NCBI GenBank assembly: GCA_030704615.1
Contig: CM060732.1
Span: 45,942,001 to 46,006,000 of the forward strand
From: Takakia lepidozioides
Taxonomy: Eukaryota > Plantae > Bryophyta
Direction: 5' to 3'
Length of the DNA stretch: 64,000 bases
In this document: in pieces, positions 13,630-26,940 of the stretch
Layout: each line of letters begins with the position of its first letter
Numbering within the stretch: the stretch's first letter is position 1
Notes under the pieces: model-generated
The model's input: only the letters and a program-made list of their open reading frames with translations
Databases searched by the model: none
What the model was told of the DNA's origin: nothing
Program-made: the position numbers and the translations under genes

Positions 13630-14360
13630 GCATTTTACATGCAAGTTCTAGATGCTGAGTCGAGGTTGGAAGAAGATGAGTATCAGCGTAGAGGGAGAAA
13701 AAATTGTTGAAGTGCTTCGTGGAATGTAGAAGCGGTCATTGGCTAAGAGAGCAATTTTGTAGAAACGACAGAACACAAGTGAAGGATGAGACTAACGGAA
13801 ATGAAGATGAGAGGATGTTGAAGGGTGTTTCCAGTTCACATCTCGCTAAAACTCTGGAGAAGCCGTGGAGAGGTGCCTTGAGGTTTCTCCACCGTTCTGG
13901 GGAGAGTGGATTCCATGAGCATTGATCTGGTGCATCGCTGTTACAAATAATGCCATAGCAAGCCCATGTTGCCTTAAAGGCTAGGGCATGGAGAGCCCTT
14001 GCTTGTCTGGGATTTCTTTGGCTATATGTACAACATTTGGCATACGTCTTTTTTAGATTCCGTTTGTAGATCTTGGTAAATGAGATCTAATAGAGCAGAG
14101 GTGGAGCAAGTTTCTCCAGAGAACGTCTTGGCACACCCGACAAGGTACCAAAGTGTGGAACTCCGGAAGATCTCGAAAACTGGGCATGAAGTACGCTTTT
14201 TGTTTGACAAATTGATTGTAGTTGAGAAAGAGGTGAAGAGGAGAGAGGGTTGTAAGGTTCCAATAACGATATAACACTTTGACAAGGGGCCAAATTTAGT
14301 TTGGTGCATGGCAGGATAGCAGGCAATGCTCAAGAGACTCTATTTGATGATTGTATGTAT
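13630..14360 (-). mobile_element. L1-like LINE 3' fragment (region at and after zf-RVT)
   Basis: Minus strand reads ESL/EHCLLSC...PVFEIFRSSTLWYL...FSGE...AFKATWACYGIIC with frameshifts. Homologous to 39560-40400. Confidence 0.6.
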
Positions 14361-16479
14361 AAAAAAGTAAACTAATCAAAGACAAACCATTAGGTCTTTT
14401 TATAACATGGTCTGTTGGAATAGGGAAAAACTTTTGCTCTTTTAACAATCATATAAGCTTGCTATGAGTTTATAATAAACCTTAAACATCTGACCTCCCT
14501 TAAACATAAAATGATAAAAATGGTATACACTAGCAAAACTGCTTTTAGAGGAAAATGTAACTATTCATTCCAGTCTTGGGTAGTTTTTATTTATTTATAA
14601 ATAATGCCACTTATTGATGACAAACGTGTATAGTAGAGAAATAAAATAATCAATTACAATGGGTGGTGTTACTAGATAAAATATCTATTATATACAATAG
14701 AATGCTTTCATTCCATGGCAAAAGATTGTATTACATAAAACGTATGCATAATATGCATGATAATCTTTTTGGATGTATTTATATCAAGCTCCTCCAGTAA
14801 CTTGAGATTCATGGGTATTTAAAACCCCTAAAATTTAAATAATTATTTATAATACCAATTTTTGGCCTAAAAAATTAAATGTTACACATTAACATAAGTT
14901 ATGAGAGTATTTTAGACCACCACCACCAGATCCAAGTTTATCTCAGTTTTTTTTTTTCACTAATTTACGTGACAATGAAATTGTTTGCAATCAAACATAT
15001 ATGTGTCAATTTTTTTCATTCAAAACAATAGATATCCATCATGTTTCATGTCATTCATACATAAAAACCCCCATTAGACGCCCAAAAAACTGTAGGATTG
15101 CGTACATTGATATGTGGAAAACTGAGTATGTTAGTGGAGAGTTATGTGGTGACAATTATAATACCCAAGATGGTCTGGTTACTAGTAAATGGAGCCGAAG
15201 GAATTTTCAAATTTGCTAACCACATACATATTTTTTCACATTTTGACATACATATGAGTATGAAGCTCGTGTGTCATATCCTATTGATTAACTAGTCAAA
15301 TGTGTAATGGCTCTTCCTTGTGAGTAGTGAGATCTATTTTCATCCATAATAAATTTTAAAACTTATAACACGGAACCTCAAATTGAAGCAAAAATTGAAA
15401 TCAAGTCTTCAAGAATGAAGAGTCATGATTTGACTTGAGACTCTTTAACTTTGGTAGAGCAATACATGTTACAGCAACATTTGCGACATAGTGTGATAAT
15501 TTTGTCCATTGATTCTTATTGGAGATTTTGATATTAATAGATTGATTAATTTATATAGAAAAATATGAATCACAATTGCTTCTTTTATTTACAACAACTC
15601 ATCATTTCCATCTCACATTTAATGAAACAATAACCATTCTCAACTAGATTATGATATGTGGATTAGCACACCAACAAACCAATGCTATTCAGTTGTAAAG
15701 AAACATGTTCGACAACCACAAACCAATATATGGCCTATTTGGCTGTTAAACTTCCCGATTATGTTAACTATTTCTAATTAATCCATAACCTTATTATAAC
15801 AGAAGGACACGACTCCCTTGCTTCTCGGATAGTCGAGCGGTCTGAAGTCTTCATATTTCTCTGGAGACTGGAAGCCTACATCTCAATATTACAATCACGT
15901 TGCACTGCATGCACTATAATAGCAAGTGAGCTATCAATACATGTCAACCAAAAGATAACCAAGTACTAGTAAAAGTTCTTCAAATCTTTATAACCGCTCA
16001 TTTTGAGATCCAAATTGATCAACCATCATTCTGTGACCATCATTTTGTTTTGCAACCGGAAACTACTGCACCGAATAGTAGTACATCTAAGGTAGTATTA
16101 TGCCTCAAGAAACGTTATCTGTTAAGGGCACCTGTGAAACAAAACTGAGACCAACCCAAAGAATAAAGCCCATTGAATGCGTTCTTGCTATATATATATA
16201 TATATATTCTAGTGTTGACTCTGTAACAATGAAGAACATATAAGTTTCTATCTTTATGGACACAAGAAGTTTAGGATAGAAGCCACCACTCCTACATGCC
16301 AAAAACTGTTGTGTAAGCAGTCCCTCCGCAGAGACGGGAAGGTGGCTCCATGATCATTTGTAGTGCAAATGATTTGTGGGACTATAAAAAAGTGTCATAT
16401 TAGTTGATGGAGAAATCTCCCAAACAATTTAAAGAAACTGTCGGTACATTGTACATTGTACATGGCCTTGATTATGTTG

Positions 16480-17785
16480 ATCCTGAGCTGATGGGTGAAG
16501 GACTTCGAGGGCAGTGATAGTATCCGCTGAAGGAGGCGCTGGTGTGGAAGGTGCCAAAGCCTTGGCCGCGCGCATGAGTACTCGCCAATGCGGCCTAACA
16601 TGAGACTATGACGAAGTCGCCTATGGGCCGATGAGGGTGGCTGCGTGGAGGAAGCGGGAGGGGCGTGTGCCCGAAATTGACGCTCATCTTGCATACTTTC
16701 CCAATCTCCAGATAAAAAACGGCGAAGACGAATGCGCGTCTCTCTGTGCCTTGACTGACCGCCACGAGGGGGCAAAACCAAACACCACTGAGGAAATAAC
16801 AAGAAAAGATGCCATGCTGATATATGATCACGAGCCAGCCTATCTAAGGGCAGACGGAGTGCCAGTTAGACCTCATGACGTAGTGCCACCGGAATTCTAG
16901 TATAAAGACGAGGCCTTGGTAGTCCTAACTGAAATGCGCCCAGTACATCTAGAGCTGAAAGCCAATGCCATGCACAGGTAGGAGGTGGCGCGTGCAAGAC
17001 ACTGGGCTGAAATGGAGAAGTACCATTTGTGTGCGACTGATGAAGAGCCGCACACGTGCGCTGGTGTCGCGCAAGCCCTCTGATGCGCGCAAAAAGACGA
17101 CCGCAAGTTGGGCATGGGGTACGGTCTGATGGGATAGGTGCCTGCTGTTGGGGTAAGACTGATGGGGTCGGCAATGTAAGCTGCACAACTAGAGAAGAAG
17201 GCACGTGAAGAGGCTCATGACCAAAAGGAGTTGGGCTGCCTTGAAGCCGCTGCCGAGAATGGGATGGAGAACCTAGAGGAGAAGCGACTGGCGTGGGATC
17301 TTGAACCCTACCTGAGAGGCGCAGTGGGGGAGGGCTCAACAGACACGGTGTAAGTTCTTCGGTCGGTGGGCGCCAATAGAAGAATCTGGAATCAGCGGTG
17401 GAGAAGACCGTTGTGAAGATGACGACTCTTCTTGAACTTGGTGTCTGGAGCTTGGACTCTGGTGCGCATCAGGAAAATATGATCTAGGGGTAGGGGTACG
17501 TTGGCCTTGGGGTCTTCCAAGAGGAGCAGGTCTTCCAGCAGGAGCAGTTGTGGCTGTGTTCAGCACCTCTCGTTGTTCTCGGGAGCGAACTGACAGGGAT
17601 GGTGGAGTAGGCAGTAAATGGGTTGTGGTGAGGGCTGGAGCTGGCTGCATGTATGGCGTCAGAGTTGAACAAGCTGGTGGACAAGCCGATCGAGGCCGCC
17701 TGACCGGCGTGGGGCCCACTGTTGCACAACGTCCGCTTGCTCGCTTTGCACTGCTACCGCTGTCGCTACTGCCAACACCTCTACT
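16480..17785 (-). mobile_element. CRE-like non-LTR retrotransposon, inverted 5' part (zinc finger and pre-RT region)
   Basis: Minus strand reads CPTCGRLFARIRGLARHQRTC zinc finger, LFPQWCLVLPPRGG...RLRRFLSGDW and GEYSRAAKALAP...TITALEVLHP, typical of the region N-terminal to CRE RT. Contains stops/frameshifts. Confidence 0.7.
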
Positions 17786-17789
17786 AACT

Positions 17790-19240
17790 TGGTCCAGATT
17801 TTGTCCTCCCTGCTCACTTCATTGCTCCGCCCAATGGCATCATAATCCTGGGAGTCCCTTTTGGCACCACCCAGTTCACAACGTCCTTCTTGGAAGATGC
17901 ACTCCACCAGGATGCCACCCATGTCGATCTCCTTCCTAGGCTCAGAGATGTACAGATAGCATAAGGAATCTTGACAAAATGTTTCCTTCAGCGTCCCTCA
18001 TATCTCTTGCGCACTGTTCCACCCAGCCCAGATTTCCTACACCTCTTATCTGGGTTTGATACTACCATGATGACTATCTTCGGGAGATTGTTAGGACCGG
18101 GAGCTCTGGAGGGTACTCAGGGACTTTTGCCACGACAGCAAGCCACCCTGCCCGTCTCTTCCGGTGGTATGGGTCTTTTGTCCACTGTCACTACCGCCCC
18201 GTCAACTTTCCTCGGTAGTTGGGCGTTGGTTGCGCCAACCCTCGCTTCACGATTTCTTTGTGACCATCGTCCCATCCTTATGGACGCCGTTGCACATGTC
18301 GACAGTGGCATTTTACCCTTCCAGTACCATCTCCACTCTGCACGAGATCTTCTTCCGGCACCGGCGCGAGTATGTCTACCACCATTTGAGCAGTTGATTA
18401 ATGCTCAAGGCCTCGACCATCTTTAGGAGTCCATTTCCAAGCGCGTGCACCGTCATTCCTTTTCCGGCATGCTCTCAAGTGCTTCTTCTGAGTTGCATCG
18501 AGCCCAACTTCTATCATGCGCAGGACCCGGAGCAGGGACATGGTTGGCAGCACGACCCACTATCACACCTTTTCGCCTCTCATCCCCTATTTTCACTACT
18601 GCACTCCGCCTTCGACTCGGTTTGCCTCATCCTTCGGCATTGGGCCTTCAGCGCTGCGTCTGTCATCAGCCCATTGATGACCTTGCCATCCATCTCCTCC
18701 CCTGTCCATGTGGTGGTGAGCGCACTGCGTCTCATGATATGGTTCGCGATGCGATGACATCTATTGCTCGGGAGGCAGGGTATCATGTACTGCGTGCGCA
18801 ACCACATCTACGACCCACGCTCACGTCCCACTCTACACGCCGCCGTGTTGACATCGTCCTATCTAGAGATGGTTTGCGTACCTTAGCGGATGTCGTTCTC
18901 GCCGACCCCACTCGAGCGGATCTGCTATCTCGTGCAGCTACCATACCAGGCACGACAACCACTGTAGTAGCTCAGGCTAAGGAACGCGACTACAACGATT
19001 GTTACCCCATCGACATATTTCTTCTGTTGGCGGTCGAGATATTTGGCTCATTGCACCGGCACTTCGACGATTTCCTGCGGACATGTGCACATCATGCAGC
19101 CAAGAGCGGGTCCACTGACATCCCATATGCCTCCGTCCTTGTCGCCTACTATTGACAGTGTGTTTCAGTTGCTTTGCAGAGAGCACAAGCCATATCTATT
19201 TTGCATCGGGCTAATGCCATGCAGGGTCCACCACGCCTGA
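17790..19240 (+). mobile_element. CRE-like non-LTR retrotransposon, 3' part (RT C-terminus, CCHC finger, restriction-like endonuclease)
   Basis: NGIIILGVPFG; QATLPVSSGGMGL; GAGTWLAARP...FTTALRLRLGLP; CVC..HLLPC..GGERTASHD; RRVDIV...LADV; AKE..Y; LAVEIFG; SVALQRAQA. Several in-frame stops. Confidence 0.85.
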
Positions 19241-19283
19241 TAGGTTTTGTCATATGAATAGGCCACTGCAACAGCCAGCCCCA

Positions 19284-19400
19284 CCACGTTGTAGCCCAGT
19301 GGTAATGGCCACATACCACCTCAAAAGCGGTTGTGGGTTCAATCCACGGCGTGGTGTCACAAAGTTGTGCCCTATGGGACCATAATTTACACCTCCCAAA
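19284..19400 (+). mobile_element. tRNA-derived SINE, copy 1
   Basis: Pol III A box tagcccagtggt, B box gggttcaatcc, acceptor-like stem ccacgtt/ggcgtgg. Homologous to 39452-39600. Confidence 0.7.
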
Positions 19401-19689
19401 GGAGGCGTCTTATATTATTATTAGGCCAGATCCCACACATCCATGCTATAGTGATCTATCCTTGAGGCATATTACTATTCTTAACATGTTAAAAAAATTG
19501 ATATTGAAAAAAGAAAAAAGAACTCAAACTTCTATTTTAATTCTTGTGTTAAATGAGCAATACATATTCATGATATATTTTGAAGGAATGTCTCTTAAAA
19601 TAAAATTCATTATTAAGATTTAAAGTTTTTTCCAGCCAAAAATATTTTTATCCCTAATTAATCTTATTTTTCTAATTTATTTAATCAAT

Positions 19690-19906
19690 TGATTAGGACC
19701 TGGATCCGAACCCGTGAACCCGCTAATATTTCCCAACAACTACCCAGACCTTAACCCGAGTCCATGTTGACAAACCCGGACCCGAACCCGGACCCGGATT
19801 TTCCAAATTTCAAAAACCCGGATCCAGACCCGGACTTGGCTCAAAAAACAAACCTGAACTCCGACCCTGCGGGTTCCTTAAAAAGGCAGAACCCGCACAA
19901 CACTGG
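19690..19906. mobile_element. hAT-like MITE right end with (A/G)ACCCG subterminal repeats
   Basis: Cluster of gacccg/aacccg motifs ending in cacaacactg (CAGTGTTGTG on the minus strand). A similar motif cluster is at 1940-2100. Confidence 0.55.
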
Positions 19907-22457
19907 TTATGACGTTTGCTTGCCTTTCGAAGTCGACAGCTACATGACTTTGTGCTCCTCATGCAGTAAAAAGCAAGGGCATTAGTAGGGCTCCCGCTTC
20001 GGTTCCTCTAGCCTTCTTTCGACCACGGTTTTTGTTGCTTTGCAGCAGGCACAGGCCATGTCTATTTTGTGTCGGGCAAAGGTGGCCGGACGGCTCATCT
20101 CACCTCCCACCCATTTCTGACCTACCTCCCCTTCTATTGTCTGATTTGCTTCAGGCAGTTGTCAGAATTTCAGGTTGACTTCAATTGCTTTTCGTCTGAG
20201 CTTTTGTTCTGTTTTTGCTTTCCTCCTCACGTTGGAGATGTGTTTTACTCTCAGTACAATCACATCGCAGTCGGGTTCTCAATGAAGCCCTCCAGGGTTT
20301 CCAATGTCATTCACGTTGTTGCTCTTGTTTGCCCCATGAAGAATTGGGCCTCCCACGTAGTGTGCTTCCCATGCACAATCCATAGTCACACTTCGTGTTC
20401 TTACTTGCAACAACATATATTGCGGCACTCATATTTTCAATGAACTGGGAAGTGTACAGTTGAATTGGCTATATTGTAAGTGAATGTTGAAACTAGAGTG
20501 ACATAGCCTTGCTGATTTCATAATCAAGGATCCAGTGCTATGTTCGCATTGCACCATCAATAATTGAGTATACACAAACTGTACGACAGAGTATGTTTCA
20601 GATGTGGGTCTGGCTCGGGGGCGTGTTCCGCAGAAAGCTTGGAATCCTTCTTCCTCTGACGCTCAGAGGTTGAGGTCGCCCCTGGTAGTCTTGGGGAAAA
20701 GGCCTCGCGATCTGCGTTTGCATGTTCATGGAGAATCTCACTGTCTGGTTTTGTAAATCGCCTTTTGCCTCATATGTCAACACGAGTTTTCCGTGCATCG
20801 GCCATTGTTCGTTACTTCCTGCTTACTACTCTCTCTCTGCGTTGGAAGGACATCAGGTATGTTCAAGGGAGTAGGGAGTAGCACGGTCGGAGAGAAAAAA
20901 ACGGCTGTCCTTCGCAACAACTACCGCGATTTGTGGAGTGCAACATCTCGTTTTCGATTATCTCCATTGGACAGCACAGGCTGTGTGGCGGAATTGTTTT
21001 CCAGTTGGGCGGTCCCGAGCTGGAGACCCTATGATGTCTTCCAAGCCTCCAGGGAAGCTGAAGCAAGGTAAGGATATGTAGCGATTCGGTTTAATTGTGG
21101 GTCTTTGAACCGTGTGCTGAGGATCCAGTCTCCGTGCAGTCCTTGGTCCATCCCAGCAGAGCTACATGCATTTTGGGTGCGGGAGTTCAATTTTTCTTAT
21201 GTGATCGTCACCCTCTTTCCAGTAGCAGGCTATTACCCCAGGTGTGACACACATGGCTGGCTTTTCTACCAGTCGACCTATTGTCACAATTGCAATCACA
21301 TTGAGTACACATCGACTGTTCCCGTTCCCTGAGAGCGTGTCGAGGAACGTGAAGGCCAATCCAGGCCACCATGTGAAGCTTGTGTGCAACATGCGACAGT
21401 GATTGCAGTCACCCAAAAAGAGAAACAAACACACTTCGAAAGTCCCAAATTGCTGTTGAGAGAGAGAGAGAGAGAGAGATCCTGGGTAACACTAAGACAA
21501 TTAGAGCTGCTAAGGATGTATGTTTTATGTTTTAGTGGTGTCTGAATGCAGGCCAAGGGATAAGCCTAGAGCGGCCTTGGCAGGAATTTATGTCAGATTA
21601 TTAGCACTCGCAGGACAAATGACAAAGTCTGGTCAAACGCCAGCCATGGCGGAAGGGGATTATCAGCCACAATTGGTCTGGCTTGAAGGACAGCGTTGGC
21701 CATTGCAGCCATCGCAATCTTAGTCAGCATCTACGGCAACATCTGTAGTATTGGGTATGTTCCTTGTATGCATGAATCAGACACTAGAGTAACTTGCAGG
21801 TATGTCTCAATGTATACTCAGTAAAGACTGAGGCAATCAAAAGCTAGCCAAGGCTCATGGTCTTGCATGCAGGTCAAGCAATGAGCATCAAGTGGCTCTG
21901 GCAAGAATTCTTCTTAGATCCCTTACAATGGTGGGAAAACAGGTTTGAAAAGGTGAGGCCATCTCATTCATGAGTGAAGGAGTTTGACAAGGGATTGTGA
22001 CTGAAGCTACATGCAATGGCCCTGCAAGTGCGGCTCCACACATGAAACCCATACCAATTTGGTCTGCCATAGGCAATGCAGCGGCCACGATGATACTTTG
22101 TGGATTCGATTGTCTCTCTAGCTGCTTGCATTAATGACAATTCCTGTTAAATGCATGAAAAATCTGAATGTTCCTATCAGGGTTTTCTTCAAGGTTGATC
22201 TGTTTTAATTGAAAGATGCTTGGACTTGGGTTGTTGCCTGCTCTGTGTGAATCTGTAATTTGAAGCTACAGTTGCTCAGGTGCCCATGCAGGTATTTTCA
22301 CAGAAGAGTCCAACATCACCAGACTTCCGACATATGCCAAATCAGGACCTTTGGAATCAAATGGTGGGGTACACCAAGGAGCTCTAGTCCGAGAATCCAA
22401 CTGGCATTATTTTTTCTTGATGGGTGGTACAGTTTATGCTCAAAGTAGATCATTGCA

Positions 22458-24000
22458 ATGATTGTACAGCAGACTGGTGGCAGGGGTAGCACCCCCGACA
22501 TGACCTCTGCTGTTGAAGGAGGACCTCCAGATGGACTCGTCAAGAACTCTTCTGGTACTTGTGGGGTTATATGGACACTATGTAAGGCAGGGCAACTTGA
22601 AGAGGCGCTGCACATTTTGTACCATGGAGGCATTCAGGCAGACTCCTGTACTTATGGCTGTGTTTTGCAGGCGTGTATTGACATGAAAGATATAGCACAG
22701 GGAAAGCAAGTGCACGCCCACATCAACCAAAGTGAATTCAAACCCGACATATTTCTCTTCAACTCCCTGGTCAACATGTATGCTAAGTGTGGCACTGTGG
22801 TTGATGCACGTGGAGTGTTTGACAAAATGCCCGAACGAGATATATTTACGTGGAATACGATGATAGCAGGATATACCAAGCATGGGTGTGCTACCGAGGC
22901 TTTCAAAATTTATGAGAAAATGCAACGGGAAGGGGCAAGTCCCGACAGGGTCACATTCGTTTGCATGCTCAATGCATGTGCCAGCCTAGGAAATCTGAAG
23001 AAGGGCAAACAGGCTCATACTGACATCATCAAAGGCTTAATTCTGACACATATCATTCTGGAGACTGCCCTCATTGACATGTATGCCAAATGCGGGAGCA
23101 TGAAAGATGCACGCCAAATTGTTTGATGATATGACTACACGAAATGTGGTGTCATGGAAGGCCATGATCACAGGATATGGTCAGCATGGGTGTTGTAAGG
23201 AGTCTATGAGCAAATGCAACAGGTCACCAAATAGGGTCACATTCATTTGCATACTCAATGCATGTGCCAGCCTAGGAGCTCTTGAAAAGGGTAAAGAGGT
23301 CCATATTGACCTCATCAAAGCTGGAATCGCATCGTATGTACATTTGGATAATACACTTGTTGATATGTATGCCAAATGCAGGAGTATGAAGGATGCGCGA
23401 CGAGTGTTTGCCAATATGCTTGAACGAGATGCCGTCTCATGGAATGCAATGATTGCAGGATGTGCCCAGCATGGCTGTGGTAGGGAGCCCTGCAATTATT
23501 TGAAGAAATGCAACAAAAAGGGTGGAGACCAAACAGTATCACTTTTAAATCTCTTCTCTCTGCATGTAGTCATGTGGGCCTGGTGGATGAAGCCTGCCAC
23601 TACTTTGAGTTGATGATACAAGATCATGGCCTTACTCCTACAGTTGGGCATTTTAGCTGCATCGCGGACCTTCTTGGCCGGGTAGGGCGGTTGGATGAGG
23701 CACAGGATTTTATCAACAAAATGCCAATTGAATCAGATCCTGGGGTGTGGAGGTCCTTGCTCGGTGCCTGCAGACTTTATGGTCATGTGAATCTAGCAGA
23801 ACGTGCAGGAAATGCCTTATTAAGGGAGATCACCAACAGAAGCTCTGGTATTGAACATCTATGGCCTGGCTGCCAGGTGGGGATGAAATAGAGGACGGAA
23901 GGAAACCTAGGCTTGTCAGCTGCATTGAGAGCATCAACCTGGTGCATAAAGTTCCATCCACGATTCAGGCTGTTCGTACTGAGCTAAAGAGATTGTTAGG
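22458..24000 (+). pseudogene. Frameshifted PLS-class PPR gene (E/E+ remnant, no DYW)
   Basis: ORFs 22458..23126, 23107..23613 and 23508..23891 join as P-L-S repeats (NSLVNMYAKCG, TWNTMIAGY, SACSHVGLVDEA, VWRSLLGAC). Frameshifts near 23120 and 23490, an internal deletion near 23200-23220, and a degenerate E+ remnant. Confidence 0.85.
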
Positions 24001-25602
24001 GTCAGGTGGTGTGATGTGTGTTGTAGTGCATGAATTGGAGGAGGAGCAGGAATAGTTCGTGTTTCCAACCATAGTGAGATGCTGGCCAGTGTTTTTGGCT
24101 GATCAGACCCTTGTGATGTTATATGTACCCCTACGAGCTCTGCTCGCTGGTGTGTCTTGTCTGGTGTCAGAGGCCATGACCCAAGAAACAACCGGTTCCA
24201 TGTCAAGCTAATCTCAAACATTGGTGGGGAACAGTTGGATGCAGAAAGCACTTCAAAGATCCTCGTCGGGAGTGCTAGTGACCCAAGCAACATATGCAAA
24301 GGGAAGTGAGTCTTTTCCAATGTGATGGGCGAAAAGGTGTCGTTGTGCCATGGTAGACGGTAGCATTTCAGAAGCAGGACGAGGCGGTGGGCCCCTTATA
24401 GAAGCACCACCACCGCCTTAGGAGAGTATATAAGGGCTAAACTCTACAGGGTTTCTTCTGCCTCCACCTCAGTTAGGGTGGGCTCTGCAAGCAGGGCCTC
24501 CTTAAAAAAAGTAAAGTTGGAACCTAAACCATCTTCAAATGAATAGAAATGACAAATAAGGTCAATTTAAAGTAAGCCCTGCAAGCCCCACAAGTTTGTG
24601 TGGGCACTGAGGATTAGAGGGTGATTCAAGAATTAGAAAAGGAGGGAATGGAATGAGCAAAAGGGGGCTTTGGGCGAGAGACAAGGGTGCAAAAAAATAG
24701 GAAGGAAAGTGTAAGGAAGATGCTCTACACAAAATGGCGGCTATCTCACACGCACACAAAAGGATGGTTACTGGACATAGAGCCGGTGGGAACAGACAAA
24801 TAGAGAAGGAGATCCGGGGTAGGTATAGTGGAAGGCTGGATGCAGCCATAGGAGAAAGACGTGTGCAGAGCCAAGGTTGCAGAACCATGGTTCCAGAGCC
24901 ATTTTGTGGATGAGGCCCGAGATGAGAAAAATCCTAACCATTGAAAAGGAAAGATGGAAAACGGGTAGAAAAGTTAGGTCATTTCCAACCCACTGACTTG
25001 GCTGCCCGAGAGAAGGCAGCCTGCTTGCACACCTGCAATCGATCGGGCACTTCGAAGCCTTCGTTTCTTGAGCAATCGGATTGTTGTTCGCAGACTCCAG
25101 GATCTAGGTTTGGATTTTTCTGCGCACTTGTGTACTGTTGTGTGATTTTTCCGTTTTTGCTTGCTCTGGTCTGTCATGCGTGTTGCGTTTTGATAGTGGA
25201 CGCAGGGAAGTCTGCAGGGTTGCGTTGGAGATGGGTTTGTGGATATCTGAAGAATAAGGGGCTCATTTCTGCAATTTTAGTGCTGGCTCGGAGGAGCTTT
25301 AGTCAGCTGATGCTGTGGCCGATGTGGTGGGCGACTGGCTGTCTTAGATGGATAGGAAAGAACGTGGAGTTGCAGAGGATCTGCAAGTTAGAAGTGGGTG
25401 GAGTGTCGCTGATCTGAACTTTGTGATATGTGACTTGGAGCAGGGTCTTTGGAGTGATTATTCTGTCCGAGATTATCCTAGTTGTCTGGAGGGTCCGAGC
25501 CTTCATCGTAACCCTATTTTACCCAGTCTCGACATGTTGAGTATGTCAAACTTTTAGGATGATGAGAACATATCTGACGTAACTGTGTCGATGTGCAGCA
25601 CG

Positions 25603-26121
25603 ATGGCCCCAAATCCCCGTGTCTATTTTGACATCCACATTGGGAGCAAGCCAGCTGGGAAAATTGTCATGGAGCTGTACGCTGACACCACCCCGAAGAC
25701 TGCGGATAACTTCCGTGCCCTCTGCACTGGGGAGAGGGGGGTCGGCTCATCAGGGAAGAAGCTCCATTTCAAGGGTTCGTCGTTTCACCGTGTGATCCCT
25801 AATTTCATGTGCCAGGGAGGTGACTTCACCAGGGGAAATGGCACCGGCGGGGAGTCGATCTATGGTGCAAAGTTTGCAGATGAGAACTTCGTCAGGAAAC
25901 ACACTGGAGCTGGAGTTTTGTCCATGGCCAATGCAGGAAAAGACACTAACGGGTCTCAGTTCTTCTTGTGCACTGTGGCCACCCCATGGCTTGATGGGAA
26001 GCACGTGGTGTTTGGACAAGTCGTGGATGGCATGAATGTGGTGAAGGACATTGAGAAGGTTGGTTCTGAAAGTGGATCGACAAAGCAAAAGGTTACTATT
26101 GCTGACTGTGGTCAGCTGTAG
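25603..26121 (+). CDS. Cytosolic single-domain cyclophilin (peptidyl-prolyl cis-trans isomerase), 172 aa
   Basis: [11 protein letters not shown]...[15 protein letters not shown]...[14 protein letters not shown]...[12 protein letters not shown]. Intronless CDS; putative splice acceptor tgcag just before the ATG suggests a 5' UTR intron. Confidence 0.97.
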   Translation: MAPNPRVYFDIHIGSKPAGKIVMELYADTTPKTADNFRALCTGERGVGSSGKKLHFKGSSFHRVIPNFMCQGGDFTRGNGTGGESIYGAKFADENFVRKHTGAGVLSMANAGKDTNGSQFFLCTVATPWLDGKHVVFGQVVDGMNVVKDIEKVGSESGSTKQKVTIADCGQL

Positions 26122-26940
26122 GGGCTCTTCTCCCTGGTTTTCTTGCTGCCTCTTTCAGTTCCAGTTATGAGAACTGTTAAGAGGCAGTGGGCAGGTTTGG
26201 CCTGCAGCTCTACTGTGTATGTTTGAATATAGGGGACGTCTGAGTTTTAGATCCTGCCCAGCTCTCAATATGCCAGTCGTCTGATACTGAAAGTAATGAG
26301 GGTTATAGGATTCATCTTTGATCTTACGGAAATGCAGGAGTGTGGTTTGGATCATTTGAAAAAAAGGGAGGAAGCCCTTAGGAGCTTTATTGAATTTACT
26401 AAATGTTTTATTTTGATTTCCATACAACTTTAAAAAACGATGACGATGATGTGGCCGACGAATATGAGAGCAGATTTGACAAAAGTAATTTTCATAATTT
26501 AGCTCAGCTCTCTTTCTTTCAATCTAAGAGGAAATTATGTAGTTTCTAGGTGTTCTCTCTACTCTCTACCTCTGTCTGAACTCTCCTTCGTGACCTCTAA
26601 TCAGTCAGGAGTGTTCCTCCATGGTTACGTAGTGGTGTCTCTTTTGTAAGCCTTCATGCCTCCTTCACAAGGCTATTTTTACCTCAATCCATCAATCTAT
26701 TTCAAGGCTTCACCCTTGACTGTCCATTTGGGCCACTAAGACTAGTGGTTTCCTTTGGAAAATTTGTATTAGGATCCTTTCTCTTGGGGCATACAAAAGT
26801 CCTATATATCCTTCCATCTTGTATGCCTGAGTGTTGGATGAAACAGCTGAGCACTATCTCTGCAGATTGTTTGCTTTGCCTACGTCGTTTGGTCACGAGT
26901 TGGAACTTGTTACTCAACTTGAAAGGCATGCATCTACTCA

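Noticed and set aside
19284-19355. Functional tRNA gene
   Set aside because: Anticodon arm and T stem are non-canonical, and a second copy shares downstream sequence as expected for a SINE.
19764-19985. PDPNPDPD-repeat ORF
   Set aside because: Translation of hAT-type (A/G)ACCCG subterminal repeats.
20793-21071. Short ORF ending at a gtaagg splice donor
   Set aside because: No recognisable homology; may be a UTR exon of the PPR pseudogene.
25585-25602. N-terminal extension of cyclophilin in the ORF track
   Set aside because: Starts at a non-ATG codon within a likely intron; ATG 25603 gives the canonical 172-aa protein.
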